A stretch of DNA of 64,000 nt from Reclinomonas americana ATCC 50394 (taxonomy: Eukaryota): NCBI GenBank assembly GCA_048213135.1, contig PS015010.1, forward strand, positions 1 to 64,000, in the 5' to 3' direction. Positions 37,408-47,686 of this stretch are shown in pieces (the first letter of the stretch is position 1; each line of letters starts with the position of its first letter). A model generated the notes under the pieces. The model saw only the letters and a program-made list of their open reading frames with translations. It had not been told where the DNA came from and ran no database searches. A program made the position numbers and the translations under genes.

Positions 37408-37484
37408 GATTTTGCCGGCTATAAACCCAACCGGCACAGCTTGCCCCTTAGAAGGCAGGATCACCAAATTTTCAAATCGGTTCA

Positions 37485-38033
37485 TTATCTCAGATTTTTC
37501 TCCATCCATTCCTGCTGGGAGCTTGCCGATTGCTCCAGTTGCACTTCTCCGGCAATCTTTTTCTGAGCGTTGATGATGGACTGGCTGATGAGTTTGTGCT
37601 GCAGTGGTTCATCTTCTTTCATGCCCAGTTTCTGCATCATACCAATGATCCTGTCGCTGCCAAAACGTTCGAAGAAAGGCTCGTCCAGCCCGCAATACAC
37701 CTTTACCTCATCCTGGCGCCAGTTTTGTACCAGCGCTTTTTCTTTTTCATGCAGGGGATAAGGTTCGGCTATGACCAATTGGCTTTCCCCGGTCATACCA
37801 CTGTGAAAACTCCGGGCTTCATGTATACGTAAAGTATCAAGCCCCAACCCGGAAAAAGCACTTTTCAATTTTGCAGCCGTATCGGGGAACCAGGCGATGA
37901 AATGCACCGAAGGGTCGGTTGTTGCAAGGTTGGCGCATGCCCGGAATTTGGCGGCTGTACTCATGTATGTGATATAGGAAAAAACAGGCCCCTCCGGGGT
38001 TTTGTCCTTTTTGCCAAAGAGATTGCCGAACAT
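37485..38033 (-). CDS. Hypothetical protein resembling a SecA C-terminal helicase/scaffold fragment
   Basis: YCGLDEPFFERFGSDRIIGMMQKLGMKEDEPLQHKLISQSIINAQKKI parallels SecA SLED.L.R.FGS.R...M..LG..E.E.I.H..I...I..AQKKVE. Confidence 0.65.
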   Translation of the reverse strand: MFGNLFGKKDKTPEGPVFSYITYMSTAAKFRACANLATTDPSVHFIAWFPDTAAKLKSAFSGLGLDTLRIHEARSFHSGMTGESQLVIAEPYPLHEKEKALVQNWRQDEVKVYCGLDEPFFERFGSDRIIGMMQKLGMKEDEPLQHKLISQSIINAQKKIAGEVQLEQSASSQQEWMEKNLR

Positions 38034-38067
38034 AAGCGGGATTTTGGTAAAGCCTGAAATTACCAAT

Positions 38068-38102
38068 TCTATCCCACATCCGGAAACCGGAATCCGGCAT
38101 CC
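38068..38102 (-). repeat. Heptamer tandem repeat x5, inverted relative to 37366-37407
   Basis: Minus strand ggatgcc ggattcc ggtttcc ggatgtg ggataga. Confidence 0.65.
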
Positions 38103-38172
38103 ATTTCTTTCTTAAAACTAACATTCTTAGCAATTGTCATTTCTTTGTATCTTTACGCTAAGTAAGTACCAC

Positions 38173-41055
38173 ATGGCGAAAGTAAAAAAAGCACCGGCAG
38201 CAGAACCGGTGAACCACGATTTTATAGAAGTTTCAGGAGCAAGGGAGCATAATCTCAAAGACATCGACATTAAAGTCCCCAAGAATAAACTGGTTGTGTT
38301 TACAGGCGTAAGCGGCAGCGGTAAATCCTCGCTGGCATTCGATACCATTTACAATGAGGGACAAAGGCGGTACATGGAAAGTTTCAGCGCCTATGCCCGC
38401 CAGTTTGTGGGTGATATGGAACGCCCCGACGTGGATAAGATCACCGGCCTGTCGCCCGTCATTTCAATTGAACAAAAAACGACCAACAAAAACCCCCGCA
38501 GTACGGTAGGTACGGTTACGGAGATATACGATTTTCTCCGCCTGCTCTATGCCAGGGTGGGAGAGGCGTACAGCTACAACACCGGGAAGAAAATGGTGAA
38601 GTTCAGCGAAGAAGAAATCGTGTCGGATATCTATAAAAAATTTGGTGATAAAAAAATCAGCCTGCTGGCGCCACTCGTAAGAGGACGTAAAGGCCATTAC
38701 CGGGAATTGTTTGAGGACATTCGTAAAAAAGGATTTCTTAAAGTGCGGGTCGACGGTGAAGTGAAAGACCTGGTACCTAAAATGCAGGTGGACCGTTATA
38801 AAATACACGACATTGAAGTGGTGATAGATCGCCTGGCGGCAACGGATGATATGCGGGTGCGGCTGAGCCAGAGTGTGCAGCGGACCCTGCAACTGGGCAA
38901 AGACCTCATGTTCCTGCTCATTAATGATGATGATAAAGTAGTGCAGTACAGCAAACAGCTGATGTGTATCGATACCGGCATCAGTTACGAGGAGCCCTCG
39001 CCCAACGCGTTTTCCTTCAACAGTCCGTACGGTGCCTGCCCGGTGTGCAAAGGCCTCGGTGATGTATACCAGGTGAGCATGGATATGATCATTCCCGATC
39101 CTTCCAAAACCATTAACGACGGCGGTATTGCCCCGCTGGGCGAAGAAAGGGAAGCTTCCATTTTTAAACAGGTACAGCAACTGGCACGCCGGCATAAATT
39201 CAGTCTTGATAAACCGGTAGGCGAGTTGCCGCAAAAAGCGATGAACCTGTTGCTGTACGGAAAAGAAACGGTGGAAGAAAATGAAGGCGGGCTTGACGTG
39301 GAAATGGATACGGGCGAAGCCGTTGGTGATTTTTACGCATCGGAATACGAAGGTGTGATCAATATGCTGCGCCGCTGGTTTGGCGCTACCAATACCACCG
39401 AAGCTTTACGCGACTGGGTGGAGAAATACATGGAACTGACGCAATGCAACAGTTGCCATGGCGCAAGACTGAAAAAAGAAAGTCTCTGGTTTAAAATAGA
39501 TAAAAGGAATATCGCCGAGCTGGGTAATCTTAACCTCGACAATTTAGCCGCCTGGTTCGATGGCATTGAATTAAGGCTGAGTGATAAACAGAATGCCATC
39601 GCGAAGGATGTATTAAAAGAGATCAGGGAAAGATTGCAGTTCCTCCTTGATGTGGGGCTTACCTATCTCTCGCTTAACCGCCCCACTAAAACCCTCAGTG
39701 GCGGCGAATCGCAGCGGATAAGGCTGGCTACACAGATAGGATCACAGCTGCAGGGGATCACGTATGTGCTGGATGAACCCAGTATTGGTCTTCACCAGCG
39801 CGACAACCAGCGGCTTATTACCGCGTTGCAGAATCTTCGCGACATCGGTAACAGTGTACTGGTGGTGGAACATGATAAAGATATTATGATGGCTGCCGAT
39901 CACCTGGTGGACATCGGCCCCAAAGCAGGCAAACACGGCGGCAGTATTGTGGCGGCAGGTACACCCAAAGAAGTGCTGGCATCCGGCTCAGAAACAGCCT
40001 TGTACCTGAGTGGTAAGAAAAATATTGAAGTGCCTGCACAAAGAAGAAAAGGCAATGGTAAGAACATTGAACTGAAAGGTGTGAAGGGTAATAACCTGAA
40101 AGATGTATCGGTAAAATTCCCGCTGGGTAAACTGATACTGGTGACGGGGGTAAGCGGCAGTGGTAAATCCACACTCATCAACGAAACGTTATATCCCCTG
40201 CTGAGCAGGCATTGCTATGGTTCCAGGGTAAACCCGATGGAACATAAAAGTATTAAAGGACTGGAAGAGATCGATAAAGTGATCGAGATCGATCAAAGTC
40301 CTATCGGCCGCACACCGCGGAGTAACCCGGCTACTTATTGCGGATTTTTTACTGATATCCGCACCTTATTCGCGTCAGTACCCGAAGCGAAGATCAGGGG
40401 CTATACAGCAGGACGTTTTTCTTTTAATGTAAAGAGCGGTCGTTGTGAAGTATGTGAAGGCGGTGGTATGCGGGTGATTGAAATGAACTTCCTGCCGGAT
40501 GTACATGTGCATTGTGAAAAATGCAACGGCAAACGTTATAACCGGGAAACACTGGAGATCCGTTATAAAGGAAAGTCCATCAGCGATGTGCTGGATATGA
40601 CTGTGGATGAAGCGGTGGAATTCTTCCAGCCTGTTCCTTATATCTACAGGAAGATCAAAGTGCTGCAGGAAGTGGGACTCGGCTACATTACCCTGGGGCA
40701 AAGCGCTGTAACGCTCAGTGGCGGCGAGGCGCAGCGGGTGAAGCTGTCGACCGAACTCGGTAAAAAAGATACCGGAAAAACTTTTTACATACTGGATGAG
40801 CCTACAACCGGTCTTCATTTCCAGGATATCCGTCATTTACTGGATGTGCTGGAAAAGCTGGTCGACCGCGGCAATACCGTACTGGTTATTGAGCACAATA
40901 TGGATGTGATTAAAATGGCCGATCATATCATTGACATCGGCCCCGAAGGCGGCGATGGTGGTGGAAAAGTTTTATTTGAAGGAGTCCCCGAACAACTGGT
41001 TAAAGTAAAGGAAAGCTTTACCGGGAAATTCCTGCAACCTGAGCTGAAACCCTGA
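38173..41055 (+). CDS. uvrA: Excinuclease ABC subunit A
   Basis: GAREHNLK, two GVSGSGKS Walker A, LSGGE signatures, Zn fingers. Confidence 0.98.
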   Translation: MAKVKKAPAAEPVNHDFIEVSGAREHNLKDIDIKVPKNKLVVFTGVSGSGKSSLAFDTIYNEGQRRYMESFSAYARQFVGDMERPDVDKITGLSPVISIEQKTTNKNPRSTVGTVTEIYDFLRLLYARVGEAYSYNTGKKMVKFSEEEIVSDIYKKFGDKKISLLAPLVRGRKGHYRELFEDIRKKGFLKVRVDGEVKDLVPKMQVDRYKIHDIEVVIDRLAATDDMRVRLSQSVQRTLQLGKDLMFLLINDDDKVVQYSKQLMCIDTGISYEEPSPNAFSFNSPYGACPVCKGLGDVYQVSMDMIIPDPSKTINDGGIAPLGEEREASIFKQVQQLARRHKFSLDKPVGELPQKAMNLLLYGKETVEENEGGLDVEMDTGEAVGDFYASEYEGVINMLRRWFGATNTTEALRDWVEKYMELTQCNSCHGARLKKESLWFKIDKRNIAELGNLNLDNLAAWFDGIELRLSDKQNAIAKDVLKEIRERLQFLLDVGLTYLSLNRPTKTLSGGESQRIRLATQIGSQLQGITYVLDEPSIGLHQRDNQRLITALQNLRDIGNSVLVVEHDKDIMMAADHLVDIGPKAGKHGGSIVAAGTPKEVLASGSETALYLSGKKNIEVPAQRRKGNGKNIELKGVKGNNLKDVSVKFPLGKLILVTGVSGSGKSTLINETLYPLLSRHCYGSRVNPMEHKSIKGLEEIDKVIEIDQSPIGRTPRSNPATYCGFFTDIRTLFASVPEAKIRGYTAGRFSFNVKSGRCEVCEGGGMRVIEMNFLPDVHVHCEKCNGKRYNRETLEIRYKGKSISDVLDMTVDEAVEFFQPVPYIYRKIKVLQEVGLGYITLGQSAVTLSGGEAQRVKLSTELGKKDTGKTFYILDEPTTGLHFQDIRHLLDVLEKLVDRGNTVLVIEHNMDVIKMADHIIDIGPEGGDGGGKVLFEGVPEQLVKVKESFTGKFLQPELKP

Positions 41056-41103
41056 GCCATTGCCCCGAACGAAGCGAGGGGTCTCTTACAAAAGCCTGAC
41101 CGA

Positions 41104-41649
41104 TCAATGGCGGATAAAGAATTTATAACTGCCATTGATCTCTCCGGTACCATATTTATCCCATACCCGGAATTTAACATTGTAATGGTCGATGTCTCCT
41201 GTTTCTTTCGTGATCATAGCGCTCAGGCTGATGATCTTTGCATCCGCCGGGTCAATACCATCACTATAAGAAGCAAAAAGATCTTCCGCATTAACGATCT
41301 CCTGGCCTGTTGAGGTGGAGATCTGTTCAGAAGCGCCTATCGATACTTTATTGTCTTTCATCACCCAGCCGTCGCCAATTACGAGCAGCAACTTTATTTT
41401 TTGCCCGAGATCGGCCGTATTGTCAAGCGCTACCTTTTTGCCGCTTTCCGCGTAAATAAGATAGGCTTCCTTCACCTGCACCCTGGAAGAGGTAAGCTGG
41501 ATATTGTTGCTTATGGTGGTACCCTGCTCAGGGAGGGAGGTTGCGCTGCTGTTGTTCTTTTTAGTATTACCTACGCTGCATTGAAACTCACAGGAAATAA
41601 GGCATATGCTCATGCCCAGGAAAAAAAGGACGCGGTTGAAGGACGACAT
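41104..41649 (-). CDS. Hypothetical lipoprotein
   Basis: Hydrophobic N-terminus with LISC lipobox. Confidence 0.7.
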   Translation of the reverse strand: MSSFNRVLFFLGMSICLISCEFQCSVGNTKKNNSSATSLPEQGTTISNNIQLTSSRVQVKEAYLIYAESGKKVALDNTADLGQKIKLLLVIGDGWVMKDNKVSIGASEQISTSTGQEIVNAEDLFASYSDGIDPADAKIISLSAMITKETGDIDHYNVKFRVWDKYGTGEINGSYKFFIRH

Positions 41650-41733
41650 AAACAGTTGTTTACTGTAAAGAACCGCAAAAAAATCCGGATATCAAAGAGG
41701 ATTAGGGAAGGCCGTACACCAGTTTCATTATTG

Positions 41734-41793
41734 GTCATCCCGACGAAGGAGGGATCTCCTTTGGCGATAGATACCTCGTTACCTCGGTATGAC
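41734..41793. repeat. REP-like palindromic element
   Basis: GTCATCCCGACGAAGGAGGGATCT...AGATACCTCGTTACCTCGGTATGAC imperfect palindrome; related half-copy at about 41056-41086. Confidence 0.55.
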
Positions 41794-41800
41794 ATAAAAT

Positions 41801-41832
41801 AAAAAAATCCATGCTCGTACCCATGGATTTTT
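41801..41832. terminator. Terminator hairpin (T-tract strongest on minus strand)
   Basis: AAAAATCCATG / CATGGATTTTT. Confidence 0.7.
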
Positions 41833-42109
41833 AAGTTATGGTCTCTTGGAAAGAGAAAGGATAGTAACGAAATCGAAAAATGTGGTTTCAGGGGTAGACA
41901 TGAATATTAAAATATTCACAGAATCCTTGGGGGCTGACTTCAGTTATATCACTTTCTCTCTTTTTCTTGATTAAGAGACAAGCATCTTTGTACCTATTTG
42001 ATAAAATGCAATACAAGCAGGAGGCATGTAGTAAACAAGACTGCCACTTTGTATTTGCCTGGCGTGATTTGTAAATTACTGTTCATGTTATATTGGATTT
42101 GGTTGAGCT

Positions 42110-43105
42110 TTAATAGAACGATGGACAACGTGTCTGGCGGGCGGCCCTGCGGGCGAAACTGTTCTCATATATCGGGCCCAGGCGGAAACCTGCTTTCAGC
42201 ACGATAGAGAAATAAGTGTCGCCGTCTTTGTTGTCACCACGCTGGTTACCTTCGGGAAACCTGCCCATACCCGGGAAAATGATGGGGATATTCTTATCGG
42301 ATATCCTGTATGCGATAGTAGCCTGGTCTGCAGGAAGGTATTTGGAAAAATTAACCGGGTCAATATATTTCTTACTCACATCATCAATATAATCGGTAAA
42401 TGTTTTGCGGTACAGCAACTCCATACTGATGTTGATCCTTTCAGAAGCGTAGTATTTAATACCACCACCAAACGGAATGTTCATCTGTGTCAGTTTGTAT
42501 GGCTTGCTGTAAGGATATTCCGGCATGCCCTGTCCTTCGGTGCGGAGCGGTTGCAGGTAGTACCATGATTTATTTCCACCGGCGTCGGTAAGTGAGCCCT
42601 GCGGGTTAAAATGGAAAACACCAACACCGCCCATTACATAGGGTCTTAAACGGGGTTCATATTCACCATTGGCAAACAGCATGGTTGGAAATAACTCAAG
42701 AGCGAGGTAGCCTTCCCATACATTGGTTTTAAAATCGAGGTTGCGTTGTTTGCGGTAGAGTTCGTTGATACCGGTAGAAGTAATGATGGCATCATCGCCT
42801 TCCAGGTAAGTGAGGTTAGCGGCCAGCCTGATGCCCGCCCATTTGGTAGGGTAGGCCGTTACGAAAACACCTTTCATCAGTTTGGTGAATTCCATATTAA
42901 GATCCTTCAGCGTATTGGTGCCTTTGCCGGAATTACCGCCAAGATCGCCAAGAAAGAAACTGGGACCGAAATTCAAACCCACTTCCCACTTGATTTTACC
43001 ATTGCCAAAAAGGAAAGCCTGCGAATACGATGAACAGGAGAGGGAAAAGCAGAGGATAAGCAGTAAGGCGCTTTTACCCATGAACCGGTGTAAACTTGGT
43101 TTCAT
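42110..43105 (-). CDS. Outer-membrane beta-barrel protein, DUF6089-like
   Basis: Signal peptide; FLGDLGG, RNLDF, LQPLRTEGQG, TFTDYIDDVS motifs; amphipathic strands. Confidence 0.7.
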   Translation of the reverse strand: MKPSLHRFMGKSALLLILCFSLSCSSYSQAFLFGNGKIKWEVGLNFGPSFFLGDLGGNSGKGTNTLKDLNMEFTKLMKGVFVTAYPTKWAGIRLAANLTYLEGDDAIITSTGINELYRKQRNLDFKTNVWEGYLALELFPTMLFANGEYEPRLRPYVMGGVGVFHFNPQGSLTDAGGNKSWYYLQPLRTEGQGMPEYPYSKPYKLTQMNIPFGGGIKYYASERINISMELLYRKTFTDYIDDVSKKYIDPVNFSKYLPADQATIAYRISDKNIPIIFPGMGRFPEGNQRGDNKDGDTYFSIVLKAGFRLGPIYENSFARRAARQTRCPSFY

Positions 43106-43236
43106 CAGAAATCAGATTTAGTCTTTCTACAGAAATTGGATATGGTATATTGAAAACACCGGAAATGCCCGGGATTTCCATTTCTACTTCACTAGAACGG
43201 GTATTGTGCGCCGAATATTGCCCGAAATGTTAAAAT

Positions 43237-43686
43237 TTATTTGGAAAGGAGCATTTCTATATGCGGGATGCCGTCGTCGAGGTAGGGTTCACCGGTAGAA
43301 ATAAAGCCCAGCGAGCTATAAAACCGCTCCAGGTACTGCTGGGCGCCGATACGGACGGGGACCTGCCCGAAGAGGGCTTCACAATGGCGCAGGCTCTGTT
43401 CCATCAGTTCCCTGCCAATGCCCGAACCCCTGGCTTCAGGGGCGGTAACCACGCGACCAATGCTGGCTTCTTCGTAAGAAATACCCGGAGGAATGATACG
43501 GGTATATGCCACCAGCCGGTCTTCATCAAAAGCCATCAGGTGCCAGCTGGCCTGGTCCTTTCCATCGGTATCCAGGTAAGGGCAGTTCTGCTCCACCACA
43601 AAAACAATATTCCGCAGCCGGAGCAAAGCATATAACTCTTCTGTAGTAAGCTGGGGGAATGATTTCAGTATCCAGTTGATGGCCAT
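43237..43686 (-). CDS. elaA: ElaA-family GNAT acetyltransferase
   Basis: LYALLRLRNIVFVVEQNCPYLDTDGKD, IGRVV, RG.GIG, IGAQ.YL..FY, DGIPHIEM. Confidence 0.9.
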   Translation of the reverse strand: MAINWILKSFPQLTTEELYALLRLRNIVFVVEQNCPYLDTDGKDQASWHLMAFDEDRLVAYTRIIPPGISYEEASIGRVVTAPEARGSGIGRELMEQSLRHCEALFGQVPVRIGAQQYLERFYSSLGFISTGEPYLDDGIPHIEMLLSK

Positions 43687-43700
43687 GATGCGAAATTAGA

Positions 43701-44099
43701 TCAAAGAATATGTTTTTTATCCGGGTTGTCCTGCATTTTCAACAGCATGAGGGCGGCAATGGAGCGGGCCCTTTTTTTGGCGAGTTCGGTCACCGGCCCT
43801 TCATGGTATTCATCAAGCACAGATTCGAAAAGATGCAGCCAGCTGTCGAAATGCGCCGCGGTAAGCGGTATTTTCCTGTTAATGGCATAATGTACTTCCA
43901 TGGCGTTCTTCCGGTATACCGGGTTGTCGAGCAAAATACTTTCCCAGAAATCAACGATGAGCGGTATATGCGTATTCCAGTTGATCGGAACCACATCGGT
44001 GAAAATAAAACCGATCGTTTCATCTTTTAATACCCGGGTGTAGAAGGCCCGTATAAAAGTATCGATATGTTCCCGGGTGGTAATATCCTGTCTGTTCAT
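43701..44099 (-). CDS. Group III truncated hemoglobin
   Basis: FY.RV..D..IG.IF, HI..I.DFW, HF..WL.LF, A..RA..IA pattern. Confidence 0.85.
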   Translation of the reverse strand: MNRQDITTREHIDTFIRAFYTRVLKDETIGFIFTDVVPINWNTHIPLIVDFWESILLDNPVYRKNAMEVHYAINRKIPLTAAHFDSWLHLFESVLDEYHEGPVTELAKKRARSIAALMLLKMQDNPDKKHIL

Positions 44100-44130
44100 G
44101 TAATAATTATCAGGTGTGTTCGGTAGTCGG

Positions 44131-45387
44131 TCAGTAACCGTATTTGCCCTTCCATCTTTCCTTTAAGAATTTCCGCAGTTCTTCTTCCCTTGCGTTTTTA
44201 CCCGGTACATAAAAAGCGGTTCCTTTCAGTTCTTCAGGCAGGTATTCCTGTTCGCTGAAATTATTATCGTACTGGTGGGCATACTGGTAACCTTTTCCAT
44301 ATCCCATATTTTTCATCATCCTGGTAGGCGCATTGCGTATGTGCAGGGGCACGGGCAGGTCGCCATGTTGCCGTACCGCATCCAAAGCTGCACCTATAGC
44401 GGCATAGGAGGCGTTACTTTTTACCGATGAGGCCAGGTAAGTGGCGCATTGCGAAAGAATGATACGGCTTTCGGGATACCCGATCAGGCTTACGGCCTGG
44501 AAGGTACTGGTGGCCAGCAACAGGGCATTGGGGTTGGCATTGCCGATGTCTTCACTGGCGAAGATCACCATCCGGCGGGCGATGAACTTCACGTCTTCAC
44601 CGCCTTCTATCATCCTGGCCAGCCAGTAAACAGCACCATTGGGATCGCTGCCCCGCATGCTTTTAATAAAAGCCGAAATGATATCGTAATGCTGTTCTCC
44701 TTTTTTATCATACAGAGCAATACGCTGCTGTGCGATGTCCATTACCGCGGCATCGGTTATGCTGGCGTTATCACCAAGGGTATCTGTTACCAGTTCCAGC
44801 AGGTTCAGCAATTTGCGGGCATCGCCGCCGCTGATATTGATGAGCGCTTCGGTTTCGGCGAGGGTTATATTCTTTTTGCTGAGTTCCGTGTCTTTGTCGA
44901 GGGCCTGTTGCATCAAAAAAACAAGGTCTTCCTTTTCCAGCGATTTCAGTACATACACCTGGCAGCGGCTGAGGAGGGCGCTGTTCACTTCAAAAGAAGG
45001 GTTTTCGGTTGTAGCGCCAATCAATGTTACAACGCCTTTTTCAACGGCCCCGAGCAGGGCGTCCTGCTGGCCTTTATTGAAACGGTGTATCTCATCGATG
45101 AAGAGTATGGCGCCGGGCTGATCTTTAGCTTTTTCAATGACTTCCCTTACTTCCTTTACACCGGCGGCAATGGCGCTGAGGGTATAAAAAGGCACATTAA
45201 GCGTGTGAGCGATGATGTTGGCAATGGTGGTTTTACCCACGCCGGGCGGGCCCCACAGGATCATGGAAGGCAGTTTGCCCTGTGCTATGGCGGCCCGCAG
45301 GATACTGCCATTCCCGGTCAGCTGCTGTTGTCCTACCAGGTCGTCAAGCGTAGTGGGGCGCATTCTTTCTGCCAATGGAATACTCAT
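44131..45387 (-). CDS. rarA: Replication-associated recombination protein A (MgsA)
   Basis: [52 protein letters not shown]. Confidence 0.95.
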   Translation of the reverse strand: MSIPLAERMRPTTLDDLVGQQQLTGNGSILRAAIAQGKLPSMILWGPPGVGKTTIANIIAHTLNVPFYTLSAIAAGVKEVREVIEKAKDQPGAILFIDEIHRFNKGQQDALLGAVEKGVVTLIGATTENPSFEVNSALLSRCQVYVLKSLEKEDLVFLMQQALDKDTELSKKNITLAETEALINISGGDARKLLNLLELVTDTLGDNASITDAAVMDIAQQRIALYDKKGEQHYDIISAFIKSMRGSDPNGAVYWLARMIEGGEDVKFIARRMVIFASEDIGNANPNALLLATSTFQAVSLIGYPESRIILSQCATYLASSVKSNASYAAIGAALDAVRQHGDLPVPLHIRNAPTRMMKNMGYGKGYQYAHQYDNNFSEQEYLPEELKGTAFYVPGKNAREEELRKFLKERWKGKYGY

Positions 45388-45479
45388 ACTATAAAGTTAC
45401 CGATTGGAAGCGGAGAATAAAGAGATGGGAATAGGAATTTTGAAAGGTTTAGGCAGTTAAAATATTCAATACACAATAT

Positions 45480-46757
45480 TCAATATTCAATAAAAGGCAC
45501 TACATCCTTCAATATAACCGGGGCCTTTTTATCGTCGATCTCAACAACAAGGAGATAACCACCGGCACCACCGGCTTTGCGAAGTGCATCAACGAGTAGC
45601 TGCTGATCGCTTTGCTGCCGTTTTCCACCGGGACCGCTCCAGTCTTCCCTGCAGCAAAGACATCCCTGCGTGGGTGTATGGGGATAGTAAGATTGTCCAC
45701 GGTAATAATCGGGGTTTACGGTACTGCCGTGGGCGATGATCTCGGTGCGGCCCGACTTACCTGCGTAATAAGACTGGTACAGGGCGATGTTGTTACGGTA
45801 TTTTTCGGGCAGCAGGCGCCGGTACAAGTCTTCCGACCAAACGGTATCTTTTACAGAACTGTCTTTCAGAAAAAACTGCGGCGTCGTTTCCTGCGGCATC
45901 ATCAATTGTATGTTCGTAGTGGGACCAATGGCCGCACTTTTCGATACATCAAAACCATTCATACGGAACAGGCCCTGCGGCGTATTGCCGTTGGTAAGAT
46001 AGAAGGGCAGGTTACTGAGGCTGCGGGCCAGTTGCGGAACGGAAAAAATATTTCCGGCTGAATCACGGACGAACTCCCCTTTCGCGTTGCGTACCAATAC
46101 CAGCCCGGGATAATCCCTGTTGCTGCGCTGGAAACTGATCACCAGTATCTCGCCGGGAAGAAATGACTGCAATGATAAAGGAATATTTTTCTGAAGACTG
46201 TCCCCGCCACCGGCTTTCACCAATATGTCCATCTGCTTTTGCAGCAGCACCTGCATAATGCCGTTGTCTTTATTGGCATCGGCGAGTTGCATCAGCCGTT
46301 CCAGGAAACTCCATTCACCGGCCTGCGCATTTTTTGTTTGCAGGATATATTCCGTACACATGGCGAATATTTTGATGTCAGTCGTTTTATCCGACAGTCT
46401 TTTTACCTGGCCAATAAAAACGCCACCATATTTGCTGTACAACAGTTCCAGTAACGAACGCTGAAAAGGAATACTTCTTTTTTCTATACCATTTACGGCA
46501 ACGCGTATGCGCCCGTCTATCCATAAGGAACGGTAGCCGGTCAGTTCAATCGCGTCAAAAGCATCCTGCCACTGCATTTCGGTGGAATCAGAAAGCGGAG
46601 CTGTTAAATTGGTATTGATGTATTTGAGCAGGTTGCGTTGCTCTTTCAGCCGGTTGTCGGCGGATGCGTTTTTTGCATATAGGATGTCGCCCTGCGCCTG
46701 TACAGTCACATGGCAGGAGAGCAGCGCCATTATCAGTATAAAGAAGTACCTGGTCAC
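45480..46757 (-). CDS. Exported protein with putative L,D-transpeptidase-like (YkuD) C-terminal domain
   Basis: GTG start, signal-like N-terminus; GNTPQGLF and IIAHG-x18-TQGC motifs. Confidence 0.55.
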   Translation of the reverse strand: MTRYFFILIMALLSCHVTVQAQGDILYAKNASADNRLKEQRNLLKYINTNLTAPLSDSTEMQWQDAFDAIELTGYRSLWIDGRIRVAVNGIEKRSIPFQRSLLELLYSKYGGVFIGQVKRLSDKTTDIKIFAMCTEYILQTKNAQAGEWSFLERLMQLADANKDNGIMQVLLQKQMDILVKAGGGDSLQKNIPLSLQSFLPGEILVISFQRSNRDYPGLVLVRNAKGEFVRDSAGNIFSVPQLARSLSNLPFYLTNGNTPQGLFRMNGFDVSKSAAIGPTTNIQLMMPQETTPQFFLKDSSVKDTVWSEDLYRRLLPEKYRNNIALYQSYYAGKSGRTEIIAHGSTVNPDYYRGQSYYPHTPTQGCLCCREDWSGPGGKRQQSDQQLLVDALRKAGGAGGYLLVVEIDDKKAPVILKDVVPFIEY

Positions 46758-46822
46758 ACCGCAAAATAGAAATAAAAAAGCATCTCCTGTTGAAGATGCC
46801 GGTATAGTTTGTTAACGATTGT

Positions 46823-47686
46823 TTAATGCACGTTGGCGGTAAGGAATGCCTGTATTTTATTGAAGGCATCGGTATAGGTAGCCGCGTCCCAGTCACCATG
46901 TCCGCCGGTAGGATAGAACACCAGTTCATTGGCAACGCCCGCTGCTGTCAGCTTTGTCTGCACATTGGTGGAATGCGATGGCCTCACCAGCGGATCAAGA
47001 CCGCCATGTATGAGGATGGTGGGCGCTGAACTGGAATTGATAAAATTAACGGGACTTGACTGGTAATATAAAGTCGCATTCGTAGTTGGTGTACCGGACA
47101 TCAGCGCGGCAATAGCTACAGCCGGGGCTGCGGGCAAAGGATTGTTATAGAGGTCTGCCATATCGGAAGGGCCGAAGAAAGAAACGATGGCTTTCGTTTT
47201 CACCGGTACCGAATCTTTAAAACCCTGCAATAAAGCGAGGTGTCCGCCGGCGCTGGCTCCGGCAATAACGAATTTTTTACTGATCTGCCAGGTGGCCGTA
47301 TTGCCGTTGATGAACTGAACAGCAGTCCTTACATCCATTTCCTGCGTTGGAAAAAGGTTATTGGGCCATGCCGCCAGCCTGTAATTGATGTTGAAGAACG
47401 CGTAATCAGGGAGACGTTTTTTAAGGCTGTCCACCACCACGCTCATGTCTGTTTTGTCGCCGCTGGTCCAGCCGCCGCCATGTATAATGACCATTACTTT
47501 GGTATTGGTCACGTTCCTGTTGGCCGGGAGATAGATATCCATGCTTTGTTTGGCGTCGGTGCCATAAGCCACATTGAGCATGGTTTTCTCGGATATGGGA
47601 TCCTGCCCGGTACCGGCGGTATCGTCTTTGGTACAGGAGGCCAGCACTACAATGCAGGCTGCAAATAGGAATTGATGTAAGCGCAT
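46823..47686 (-). CDS. Lipoprotein alpha/beta hydrolase (HSL/BD-FAE-like esterase)
   Basis: LASC lipobox; HGGGW, INYRL, GASAGGHLA, HG..D, GH. Confidence 0.88.
   Translation of the reverse strand: MRLHQFLFAACIVVLASCTKDDTAGTGQDPISEKTMLNVAYGTDAKQSMDIYLPANRNVTNTKVMVIIHGGGWTSGDKTDMSVVVDSLKKRLPDYAFFNINYRLAAWPNNLFPTQEMDVRTAVQFINGNTATWQISKKFVIAGASAGGHLALLQGFKDSVPVKTKAIVSFFGPSDMADLYNNPLPAAPAVAIAALMSGTPTTNATLYYQSSPVNFINSSSAPTILIHGGLDPLVRPSHSTNVQTKLTAAGVANELVFYPTGGHGDWDAATYTDAFNKIQAFLTANVH

Noticed and set aside
37485-38033. Annotating as secA
   Set aside because: Far too short and lacks the ATPase motifs
44449-45420. 323-aa plus-strand ORF, and similar antisense ORFs over uvrA, aspS and the GT4 gene
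   Set aside because: Fully antisense to well-supported conserved genes, with no recognisable motifs
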